Origin: Bryobacterales bacterium
GTDB lineage: Bacteria; Acidobacteriota; Terriglobia; Bryobacterales; UBA6623
DNA length: 64,000 bases
Assembly: GCA_963422375.2 (NCBI GenBank)
Contig: OY729428.2
Coordinates: 896,001-960,000, forward strand
Direction of reading: 5' to 3'
Under the pieces are notes generated by a model. It did not search any database. It was not told the DNA's origin and saw only the letters and a program-made list of their open reading frames with translations. The stretch's first letter is position 1. Each line of letters begins with the position of its first letter. Shown piece after piece: positions 1 to 8,674 of this stretch. Position numbers and translations under genes: made by a program.

Positions 1-118
1 GCGCGGCGATCAGCTGGCGCTGCGGATATGGATTTCCCGCGCCCTCTCGAACCTCGTCGGACCGAATGGCGGACTTCACTGCCGGTCGCGGGTCCGCGCT
101 GTCCTACTATGGGACAGA

Positions 119-3100
119 ATGCGGATCCTGAGACTATCCGGCTCGTGCGCGGCTCTTCTGCTCGTCGCGGCCGTCGCCCCGGCACAGCAAACCAGCGGGC
201 GGATCCGCGGCACCGTCCTCGACCCCAGCGGCGGGGCCGTGCCGGGCGCGAGCGTCACGGCCGTCCGTGTCGAGACCGGCGAGGTCCGAAGCACCTCGAC
301 CGGCGCGGCCGGCTTCTACGTCCTCCCCGCCCTCGCCGTCGGCGGCTACGTCCTGACAGTCGAGGCCGACGGCTTCCGGCGGGCCTCGCGGGAGCCCGTA
401 GGTCTCGAGGTGGGCGGCGACGCCAAGGCCGATTTCGTCCTGGAGGTCGGTGCCGCAAGCGACGAGGTCACCGTGCCCGGGGTCCCGACGGCTCTCGACA
501 CGGCTGGCGCCACCGTCGGAACGGTAATTCCCAACCGGTTCGTCACGAGCCTGCCGCTGAACGGGCGGAACTTCCTCGAGCTGTCCCTGCTCACTCCGGG
601 CGCGACGCCGGCGGCCGTCGGCTCTCCGGGCAGCGAGAGGGGCCGCTTCGCCCTGCAAGCGAACGGCGCTCGCGAATCCGCGAACTCGTTCCTATACGAC
701 GGCGTCTACGCCATCGACCCAATCCTGAACAGCTTCGCCTTCGCCCCGCCAGTCGACGCGGTGCGCGAGTTCCGCATCCAGACGTCCAATTCGGAAGCCG
801 GCCTGGGCCGGAACAGCGGGGGCCAGATCTCGGTGGCGATCAAGCAGGGCACGAACGAGATCCACGGCACCGCGTACGAATTCCTGCGCAACGACCGCTT
901 CGACGCCCGCAATTTCTTCAGCGGACCGGGCGACCCGGTGCCGACCCTGCGGCGGAACCAGTTCGGCGCGTCCGCGGGCGGCCCGCTGGCCCGGAACAAG
1001 GCGTTCTTCTTCGCCAACTTCGAGGGTCTGCGCGAGGCGCGCGCCGAAACCCGCACCACCAACGTCCCGACGCCGGCGGAGCGCGCGGGCGACTTCTCCG
1101 CCTCCGCGGCGATGCCCATCGACTTCATGAGGCGGCAGCCCTTTCCGAACGCACGGCTTCCCTTCGCCCACCCGATCGGAGAGGCCGTGGCCGGCCTCTA
1201 CCCCCTCCCTAACCGCGAGAGCCCCGGCCAGAATTTCGTCGCGGCCCCGGTCGGGGACGACCGGGGAGACAAGTTCGACATCCGCCTGGACGGACGCCTC
1301 GGGCAGGCCGGCCAGCTATCCGGGCGCTACAGCTTCGCCGACAGCGACCGCTCGGAGCCCTACGCCGCGCAGCAGTTCTCGTCGGTTCCCGGATTTGGCA
1401 ACCGGCTGGACCAGCGCGGCCAGAACGCCATGGTGTCGGAGACGCACGTCCTCGGAGCGAACTGGATCAACGAGGCCCGCTTCGGCCTCAACCGCATCGC
1501 CAACCGCACCCTGCACCAGAACAGCGGCTCGAGCCTGAACAGCAAGATCGGACTGCCGGACTTCGCAACTCGGGAGATCGACCTAGGGCTGAGCTTTTTC
1601 CAAGTCACCGGTTTCTCGTCTCTCGGGGGCGAGTTCAACAACCCGCAGGTCAGCACCGTGACCACGTGGCAGGTGTCCGACACGCTGAGCTATTCGCGGG
1701 GAAGCCATCTGCTGCAGGTCGGCGCGGAGCACCGCGGCATCGGCCAGGACGGCTTCCGGAACGTGCTCTCGCGCGGGAGCCTGTACTTCACGGACCGGGC
1801 CTACACCCAGAACGCGCTCGCGGACCTGCTGCTGGGCCTGCCCACCTATACGCTGGCCGCGCGCAGCGACACGCTGCAGCAGGCCCGGACCGGTGGTACC
1901 AACGCGTTCGCGACGGACAGCTGGCGGGTGTCGCGCAACCTGACGCTCTCGCTGGGCCTGCGGTACGAGTACAACGTCCCCTCGTACGACGCGGCGGACG
2001 CCGCCTCGATCTACGACCCCGCCAGCATGCAAATCGTGCAGCTCGGCCAAGGGAGCCTGACCCGCAGCGGGGTGCTCGCGGACCGGAACAACCTAGCGCC
2101 CCGCGTCGGCCTGGCCTTCCGTCCCTCCGGCACCGACCGGATCGTCGTGCGATCCGGCTGGGGCCTCTACTACAACTTCTCGGATCTCGCGGCGGGCCAG
2201 GGGATCTACTTCAACCCGCCGTTCTTCGAGTCGCTGCTGTTCTTCCCGTCCCCAACCGCTCCGCTTAGCATCCAGCAGCCGTGGCCCGAAGGCCAGGCAG
2301 CCCCCATCCCCCCGAGCGTGACCACCTACGACCGCAACTTGCGCACGACCTACGCGCAGCAATGGAACTTCACCGTGCAGACGGATCTGCTCGAGGACAC
2401 CGTGCTCAGCGTGGGATACAACGGCTCGCGGGGGATCAAGCTGATCGGCGCCCGCGACATCAACCAGCCCGCCCCGTCGCCGGCGCAGCCGAACTACCGC
2501 CCTCTGCCGATCTTCTCCGACATCAACCTGATCGCGTCGTCGTTCGATTCCGTCTACCACAGCCTCCAAGCGCAGTTCCAGTGCCGCTTCCAGACTGGCC
2601 TGACGGGCCTGTTCTCGTACACTTGGTCCAAGTCGATCGACAACGCCTCGAACTTCTTCGCGTCCGCCGGGGACGCCAACTACCCGCAGGACAGCAACAA
2701 CGTCGCTGCCGAACGGGCGCGTTCCAGCTTCGACGTACCTCATCGGTTCACCGGAAGCTTCGTCTACGAGCTGCCGTTCGGCCCCGGCAAGGCGTGGGGC
2801 GGCAGCTGGAGCGGCGGCGCGGCGAAGCTTCTGGGCGGCTGGCAGCTCAACGGCATCGTCACCATGCAGTCCGGGCAGCCCTACACGGTGGCCCTGCCGG
2901 GCGAGTTCGACAACTCGAACACGGGCCGCTCGAGCTACGGGTTCGGGGCGGGCGACCGGCCCGACCTAGCCCGCGACCCGAATCTTTCGGACCCCGACCC
3001 GGCGCGGTGGTTCGATCCGCAGGCCTTCTCCCTGCCCGCCTACGGCAGCTTCGGCAGCGCCGGACGCAACATCGTACAGGGCCCCGGCCTGGCGAACGCG

Positions 3101-3292
3101 GACTTCTCGGTGCTCAAGGACATCCAAGTCGGCGAATCGGCGACCCTGCAGTTCCGAGCCGAGTTCTTCAATCTCCTCAACACGCCCAGCTTTCTCAACC
3201 CCAACGTATTCTTCTCCACGCCGGGTTTCGGAAGGGTGCTGGCAGCACGAGACGGCCGCGAAGTGCAGTTCGGCGCGAAGCTCATCTTCTGA
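119..3292 (+). CDS. TonB-dependent receptor, Oar-like, with N-terminal carboxypeptidase-regulatory-like domain
   Basis: 1057 aa; signal peptide; GTVLDPSGGAVPGA, LPLNGRNFLEL, EFLRNDRFDARNFF, NNLAPRVGLA motifs; terminal Phe. Confidence 0.93.
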   Translation: MRILRLSGSCAALLLVAAVAPAQQTSGRIRGTVLDPSGGAVPGASVTAVRVETGEVRSTSTGAAGFYVLPALAVGGYVLTVEADGFRRASREPVGLEVGGDAKADFVLEVGAASDEVTVPGVPTALDTAGATVGTVIPNRFVTSLPLNGRNFLELSLLTPGATPAAVGSPGSERGRFALQANGARESANSFLYDGVYAIDPILNSFAFAPPVDAVREFRIQTSNSEAGLGRNSGGQISVAIKQGTNEIHGTAYEFLRNDRFDARNFFSGPGDPVPTLRRNQFGASAGGPLARNKAFFFANFEGLREARAETRTTNVPTPAERAGDFSASAAMPIDFMRRQPFPNARLPFAHPIGEAVAGLYPLPNRESPGQNFVAAPVGDDRGDKFDIRLDGRLGQAGQLSGRYSFADSDRSEPYAAQQFSSVPGFGNRLDQRGQNAMVSETHVLGANWINEARFGLNRIANRTLHQNSGSSLNSKIGLPDFATREIDLGLSFFQVTGFSSLGGEFNNPQVSTVTTWQVSDTLSYSRGSHLLQVGAEHRGIGQDGFRNVLSRGSLYFTDRAYTQNALADLLLGLPTYTLAARSDTLQQARTGGTNAFATDSWRVSRNLTLSLGLRYEYNVPSYDAADAASIYDPASMQIVQLGQGSLTRSGVLADRNNLAPRVGLAFRPSGTDRIVVRSGWGLYYNFSDLAAGQGIYFNPPFFESLLFFPSPTAPLSIQQPWPEGQAAPIPPSVTTYDRNLRTTYAQQWNFTVQTDLLEDTVLSVGYNGSRGIKLIGARDINQPAPSPAQPNYRPLPIFSDINLIASSFDSVYHSLQAQFQCRFQTGLTGLFSYTWSKSIDNASNFFASAGDANYPQDSNNVAAERARSSFDVPHRFTGSFVYELPFGPGKAWGGSWSGGAAKLLGGWQLNGIVTMQSGQPYTVALPGEFDNSNTGRSSYGFGAGDRPDLARDPNLSDPDPARWFDPQAFSLPAYGSFGSAGRNIVQGPGLANADFSVLKDIQVGESATLQFRAEFFNLLNTPSFLNPNVFFSTPGFGRVLAARDGREVQFGAKLIF

Positions 3293-3298
3293 CGCGCG

Positions 3299-4015
3299 TC
3301 AGCCGAGCCTGTCCCAGATCTTCGAGAACTCGTACACGCCCTTCCGTCCCACGATCCAGCGGGTCGCCTTGAGGGCCCCCCGAGCGAAGCCCAGGCGGCT
3401 CCTAGCGACGTGACTGACCCGAATGGTATCGGCTTCCGAGTCGAATCCGATCTCGTGAATTCCGGGAAACTGTCCCGCCCGCTGCGTGGCGACGTCCACG
3501 CGGCGCGAGTAGCCGGCGTCGCGCATGGCGTCGAGCAACCGCAAGGCGGTGCCGGACGGAGCGTCGACCTTGTACTTGTGATGCGCCTCGTAGAGGAATG
3601 CGTCGTAGTCCTCCTGCGCGGCGAGCGCCTTCGAGGCGGCCTCGACCACGCGATAGAACGCGTTCACGCCGATCGAGAAGTTCGCGCCGTACACGAGAGC
3701 CGAACCGTTCCGCTCCACGGCCGCGCGCACCCGGCCGAGGTCGTCCAGCCAGCCAGTCGTGCCGATCGCCAGCGGAATCCCGAGTTCCGCCAGACGCACG
3801 GCGTTGTCGGGAACCACCTCGGGAATCGAGAAGTCCAGCGCGGCGCGGATTCCCGCGAAGTTGGCCTCCGTCAGGCCGGCCCCGTCGGCGTTGTTGAACT
3901 CGTCGAGACGCAGGGCTACTTCAAATCCGTGCGAGGGGGCCAGCTGCTCTAACAGGCGGCCCATGCGGCCGTAGCCGACCAGCGCCAGCCTGTCCTGCGT
4001 TTCGCTCACGAGCAT
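3299..4015 (-). CDS. dapB: 4-hydroxy-tetrahydrodipicolinate reductase
   Basis: GYGRMG, DFS, IGTTGW, NFSIGV, EAHHKYKVDAPSGTA motifs; overlaps the lysC stop. Confidence 0.95.
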   Translation of the reverse strand: MLVSETQDRLALVGYGRMGRLLEQLAPSHGFEVALRLDEFNNADGAGLTEANFAGIRAALDFSIPEVVPDNAVRLAELGIPLAIGTTGWLDDLGRVRAAVERNGSALVYGANFSIGVNAFYRVVEAASKALAAQEDYDAFLYEAHHKYKVDAPSGTALRLLDAMRDAGYSRRVDVATQRAGQFPGIHEIGFDSEADTIRVSHVARSRLGFARGALKATRWIVGRKGVYEFSKIWDRLG

Positions 4016-5379
4016 TGTCCTTTCTGCGGTGCAGTGGCCTCGAAGAAGGTCGCGTGCAGGCGTCGAACCGCCGGCACAAGGTCCTTCTCGTCCACGACGA
4101 GCCCCACGTTCACTCTAGAGGCGCCGAGGGAAATCATGCGAATCCGAACGCCGCCGAGCGCGGAGAAGACCCGCGCCGCAATGCCCGGAGTATACCGGAT
4201 GCCCTCGCCGACCACGCATATAATCGCCTTCCCGGGGGCCGTCTCCGCACGGGAGAATGCGGATAGTCCGGCCAGAATCCCGGTCAAGTTGTCCGGGCGG
4301 TCAACCGTCACGGACACGCTCACCTCCGACGTGGAAACCATGTCGACCGCCGTCTCGAAGCGCTCGAAGACCGCGAAGACGCGCGCCAGGAAGCCGTGCG
4401 CCATGAGCATGCGAGTCGAGTAAATGTCGATCAGGCTGATGTGCTTCTTGTACACGACGGCCTTGACCGCCCTGCCGGATTCGACCGGATCCTTGCGAAT
4501 CAGGGTGCCGTCTCCCCGCGGGCGCCGTGAGTTGAGCACCCGGATTGGGATGCCCCCCTCGATAGCCGGGAGCATCGTGGAGGGGTGCAGCACCCGCCCG
4601 CCGAAGTAGGCGAGCTCGGATGCCTCGCGCAGAGAGAGCACAGGCAGGCTGCGCGCCGACGCCACCAGCGATGGATCGGCGGTCATGACCCCGTCGACAT
4701 CCGTCCAGATCTGGACTTCCTCGGCTCCGAGCGCGGAGCCCGCGATCGAGGCGGAATAGTCGGAGCCCCCGCGGCCCAAGGTCGTGGGCGAGCCGTCCTC
4801 GCCGCTCGCGATGAATCCGCCGATCACCGGCACGGTCCCTTCCGATAGCGGACCTTGAAGAGCCGCGCGCAACCTAGCGCGGGTGGGACCCGCGAGCGGG
4901 CTTGCCCCGCCGTGGCGGGACTCGGTGACAAACAGATCCCTAGAGTCGGGATTCTCGGCGCGCAGGCCGCGCTCGGCAAGTGCGACGGCCACGAGGCGGC
5001 TGGAGATGCGCTCTCCGCAGGCCAGCAGGGCGTCGTAGGCGGCGGACCGGGGGGAGAGGCCCGCGGGCGCGTGGGCGGGAGGCAGGAGTTCCGCAGCCTC
5101 GCCGACAACTCGGTCGACGAACGATGTCACCTCGGCCGCGGCGTCGCTCGAAACGACAGCCCGCGCGATGGCCACCGTTCGGTCGCGCAGAGCGCTCAGC
5201 CGCTCGGCCGCCGCCGGTCGCGGCATCCCTGCCGCCTCCGCCAAACGGTCGGTGGTGTCGCCAATCGCGGAAACCACGACGAGCGGCAGCCGGCTAGTTC
5301 GTCCCCGGACGATGGCGCAAGCCCGTTCGATCGCTTCGGGACTCCCTAGCGAGGTCCCGCCGAATTTGATGACGATCAA
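4006..5379 (-). CDS. lysC: aspartate kinase
   Basis: VIKFGGTS, TTLGRGGSDYSA, WTDVDGVMTADP; C-terminal ACT domains (STSEVSVS). Confidence 0.95.
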   Translation of the reverse strand: MIVIKFGGTSLGSPEAIERACAIVRGRTSRLPLVVVSAIGDTTDRLAEAAGMPRPAAAERLSALRDRTVAIARAVVSSDAAAEVTSFVDRVVGEAAELLPPAHAPAGLSPRSAAYDALLACGERISSRLVAVALAERGLRAENPDSRDLFVTESRHGGASPLAGPTRARLRAALQGPLSEGTVPVIGGFIASGEDGSPTTLGRGGSDYSASIAGSALGAEEVQIWTDVDGVMTADPSLVASARSLPVLSLREASELAYFGGRVLHPSTMLPAIEGGIPIRVLNSRRPRGDGTLIRKDPVESGRAVKAVVYKKHISLIDIYSTRMLMAHGFLARVFAVFERFETAVDMVSTSEVSVSVTVDRPDNLTGILAGLSAFSRAETAPGKAIICVVGEGIRYTPGIAARVFSALGGVRIRMISLGASRVNVGLVVDEKDLVPAVRRLHATFFEATAPQKGQCS

Positions 5380-5685
5380 GGTCAGCTCTCCCTCTGGCCC
5401 GACGGCAGGGCCGCCCCGAGATTGGCGCGTTCCGCTGCGGGAGTCGCCGGGAATGTCTCCGCGGCACTCGCCGGCAGGGCCCCTAGAGTCCTAGCCCGGC
5501 ACCGACGGCAGGCACGGACAGACTTCTTAATTGTGCCAGCCGCCGCAGACATGGCCGGTCCGAGGGCGGCGGGCGCATTCCTTGGCCGCCTGCCGAGGCG
5601 GGCCGCACCGCCGTCCCCGAGGGCGAACCGAGCGGGTTAGACCGCGAAGTTGGGCGCGCAGCCCGCTCTCGAGACGCATCGCCGC

Positions 5686-5713
5686 TTGCCTCGCCTGCTC
5701 CGTCTGCTAAGAT
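5686..5713 (+). promoter_or_regulatory. putative sigma70 promoter of tRNA-Ser
   Basis: TTGCCT-16 nt-TAAGAT with extended -10 TGn, about 30 nt upstream of the tRNA. Confidence 0.45.
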
Positions 5714-5744
5714 GAGTCCAATCGAGGTACGCGTCGCTTGAACC

Positions 5745-5839
<95 letters not shown>

Positions 5840-5906
5840 GCCATAGCCAAGGGCACCCGGGATGCGTGCTCGAGTCCGCCTGCTCGAGAGGGCAGCGGTG
5901 TTCTAG

Positions 5907-6800
5907 ATGAGCCGCCTGTTCGCGATAGTCATCCACGCGCATCCAGAGGCGGCCGGTACAAGTCGACTCCACTAGCTTCCGATCGCCGATGTCGCGGAGC
6001 TGCTCCTGCCCCATCTGGTGCCGGGCAACTCCGCGCACCTGGGAGGCCAGCGTGAGGATCTGCGCATCTTAGTGAATCACAAGGGCTGCGAAGCGACGGG
6101 CGACCGCGAGCGCCACGAGCTCGCCGAGGCGCTGCGGTGGTGGAACGGCTTGGAGCCCTCATGGACCCGCAGCCTAGTCCACTCCCTCGGCCGCTTCGGT
6201 CTTACCTAGTGCCTGTGACAAAACTCGTATCCCCTTGACAACAAAGGCGTTAGGTCCAATCTCTCAAGGCGAAGATTTCACTGGAATGCTACGACTGGTC
6301 CGAAATCCTGCCAATTCTGGGTAGAGCGCGGAAATCTTCGCGATTGGCGGCTGAGCAACTTCCGACCTTGGGCCCTATATGTTGTGCTTGGAGATCCATC
6401 CGACATCAGGATGTAGTATGAAATGCTGATCAGGCCAGAATTCAGGGGTTTTGTCACAAGCACTACCTAGGCGCGCGCGATGGAGCACTTGGCGGACCGG
6501 CTGCTGGTGTCGCGTCATGAGCTGCCCGACAGGAACGGGAACGCCGTCTTGTTCGAGCCGGGCGTCGGCGCTCCGGCCTATGCGCTGGCGGCAGTCCTAG
6601 ATCGGGAGGCGGGCGACACGATTCCGGATGGACCGGCCCGCGGGACCGGGCCTTTTCAGGCGCCGTGCTTGGCCCGCGCCTAGGCGGACCAGCCGGAATC
6701 GTGGCGCGCATTCCGGAGTGCTCCCATGGAGGTGCCCGCCGATCCGATCAATCTGGTCCTGCGCACGATCGCGGTCGGTGTGGCAACCGAAGCGGTCGCG
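5907..6800 (+). pseudogene. cbiZ: adenosylcobinamide amidohydrolase (long CbiZ-type) pseudogene with internal deletion, stops and a MITE insertion
   Basis: one frame reads VAELLLPHLV..GGQREDLRILVNHKGCEA (N-part) fused to ALRWWNGLEPSWTRSLVHSLGRFG and EPGVGAPAYALAAVLDR..LVLRTIAVG (C-part); TAG stops at 5973, 6207 and 6681; next to cbiB. Confidence 0.65.
6209..6463. mobile_element. MITE (non-autonomous IS derivative), 255 bp
   Basis: TIRs GTGCCTGTGACAAAAC and GTTTTGTCACAAGCAC (15/16); direct repeat TACCTA at 6203-6208 and 6464-6469; lower GC; no transposase. Confidence 0.88.
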
Positions 6801-6861
6801 AGCGGCCCGGCGTCCGCATCCGGATGATCCGATCCGCCCCGATGATCGTCGGACGGCCGGA

Positions 6862-7633
6862 GTGGACCTGACCAGCTTGGCTTCCCGCGCCGACCCGCTG
6901 GAGGCGGCCGCCGTGCTCGACGTCATTATCAGCGACCCTGTCTTTCGCTGGCACCCGATTCATCTGATCAGCAGCTCGCTGACCTAGGTCGAGACGCGCC
7001 TTTTCGCGACAGGTGCCGACGGCCGCATCGGCGGGTGTCTTCTCGTGGTCGTGCTGGCAGTGGTCTTGTGCGGGGGCACCTCGGCGCTCGGGGCAGGGGC
7101 GGCGCGACCGCGCCCCGCGCTAGCCGACGCTAGCCGACGCCGCGCATCTGCTTCTGCGCTTCAGCCTCGTCGCGCTCGGGGGACTCACGGGCCTCGTACG
7201 GTTCAAGACGGTCAGCACGACGGACTCGATGTTCGGGTACATCAACGAGCGGTGTCGGCATTCCGCCAGGTGCGGCGCACGGCTCGCTGACCGCTTGAAT
7301 CTGCCGCGTGCGCGGATGACGTGGCTGCTCTTCGTGCCCGCTACCGCACTGGTTCCGAGCGCCTCCTGCGGCAGTGCGCTGCGCTGGAGCTGGCGGCAGC
7401 ACGCTGTCGTGCCCCGGCCGAACGCCGACTGGAGCGAAGCCACTCTGGCGGGTGGGATCGGGCGCGGCCTGGCGGGGCCCATGTGGCTGGGCGGCCGTCT
7501 TGTGACCGGCGTCTGGATCGGGGATCCAGACGCCGCAGCGGCCGGTTCGGCCGAGGACTATCTCCGGGCTCGCGGGACGGCACTGCTGGCCGCGGTCCTA
7601 GCGGTGGGGAGCGCCTCGGTTCTGCTGGTCTAG
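6862..7633 (+). pseudogene. cbiB: adenosylcobinamide-phosphate synthase pseudogene
   Basis: LDVIISDPVFRWHPIHLI (stop at 6985), FKTVSTTDSMFGYINER, GARLADRLNLPRARMT, PRPNADWSEATLAG...LAGP; frameshifts and a 10-bp tandem duplication at 7121-7140. Confidence 0.8.
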
Positions 7634-8674
7634 GCAGGGTAGGGGACTAAGCACTCAATTACCCAAGAACCAATTGACAGTCACTCTGCTAGCGTTGGCG
7701 TCTCTGTGTCCTCGGGAATTCCCCGTTCTGCATGGGATGCCCTGCCTTGATCACCTGAGCGCTGTTCTCGGGCGAGTCCGGGATGGTAGACGTCCCGGAA
7801 TTCATCATTCGCGCACGCTTGCGCCTGTCTGCATGGGCCGCTACCGTCTGCTCACACGGATTGAGCAGGGTGTGGTTCCTGCCGTGCAAGCTCATCTCGT
7901 AGTACCCCGTGCGCCGGAAGACAAGTCGTTGCTCTTGATCAGGTTCTTGCACCTCTGTACCGGAGTTTCATACCGTGCAGTGTGGCGACCCTCGTGCTCA
8001 CCTGCTTGCTCGTTGACGTTGGTTCGGTCAGCAGCGCACTGCAAGCCTTAGCCGGTGCCGTCGCTGTCATGATCAACTCAGTCGCCCAAGAGACCCTCCG
8101 TACGGATGCAGCGCGCCAATGATTCGACGCGTACGGAGGTAGGACTCAGACTTCCCGAGGTCGAGGGGTGGAGCGAGGCGGGGGCCTGTCGAATGTCCTT
8201 ACACGAAGCGCACGGTCTTCTCCGAGGGCGCACACCGTCTCGTCTACATCTTGTGGTTTTCTGTTACGCAGGCCTGCATGGTGAATAGGACTCCGAGATC
8301 ACCATTGACGCACCGAGCAACTTCACAAGCAGCTTCCGGGATCGGCGGAATGCCGCCCGTCTCATCTGTCCTGTCGCCGTTCCGGGACGGTTCCACTCGG
8401 CTGGAGCCCTCGTCCTAGCCGTCGAATGGTCACGGCCGCGGGCCGAGAGTCCACTCCGGGGCGCTCGGACAGGATGTCACGCGCCTCAACGGTGCCGATG
8501 CCGGTCCATCCTGCTCCCAGCCGGGCCCGCTCGCCGCTGCTGCGCTTCCCCCGGTCTGTCGGAGCGGTCTCAACTTGCGACATCGCTAGGGAGACGACCA
8601 CGGAATGTCTGAGGACTGGAAGGCTCTCCACGGCGAGACAACCACAGCAAGGTCGGCGCTGGGTTGCCATGCAG

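Noticed and set aside
5380..5530. Canonical lysine riboswitch upstream of lysC
   Set aside because: The conserved AGAGG, GAAAGG, GCCGAA and CUGUC elements are not found in the expected order
7640..8350. IS-end-like GGGGACTAAGCA followed by lower-GC DNA
   Set aside because: No matching inverted partner or recognisable protein found
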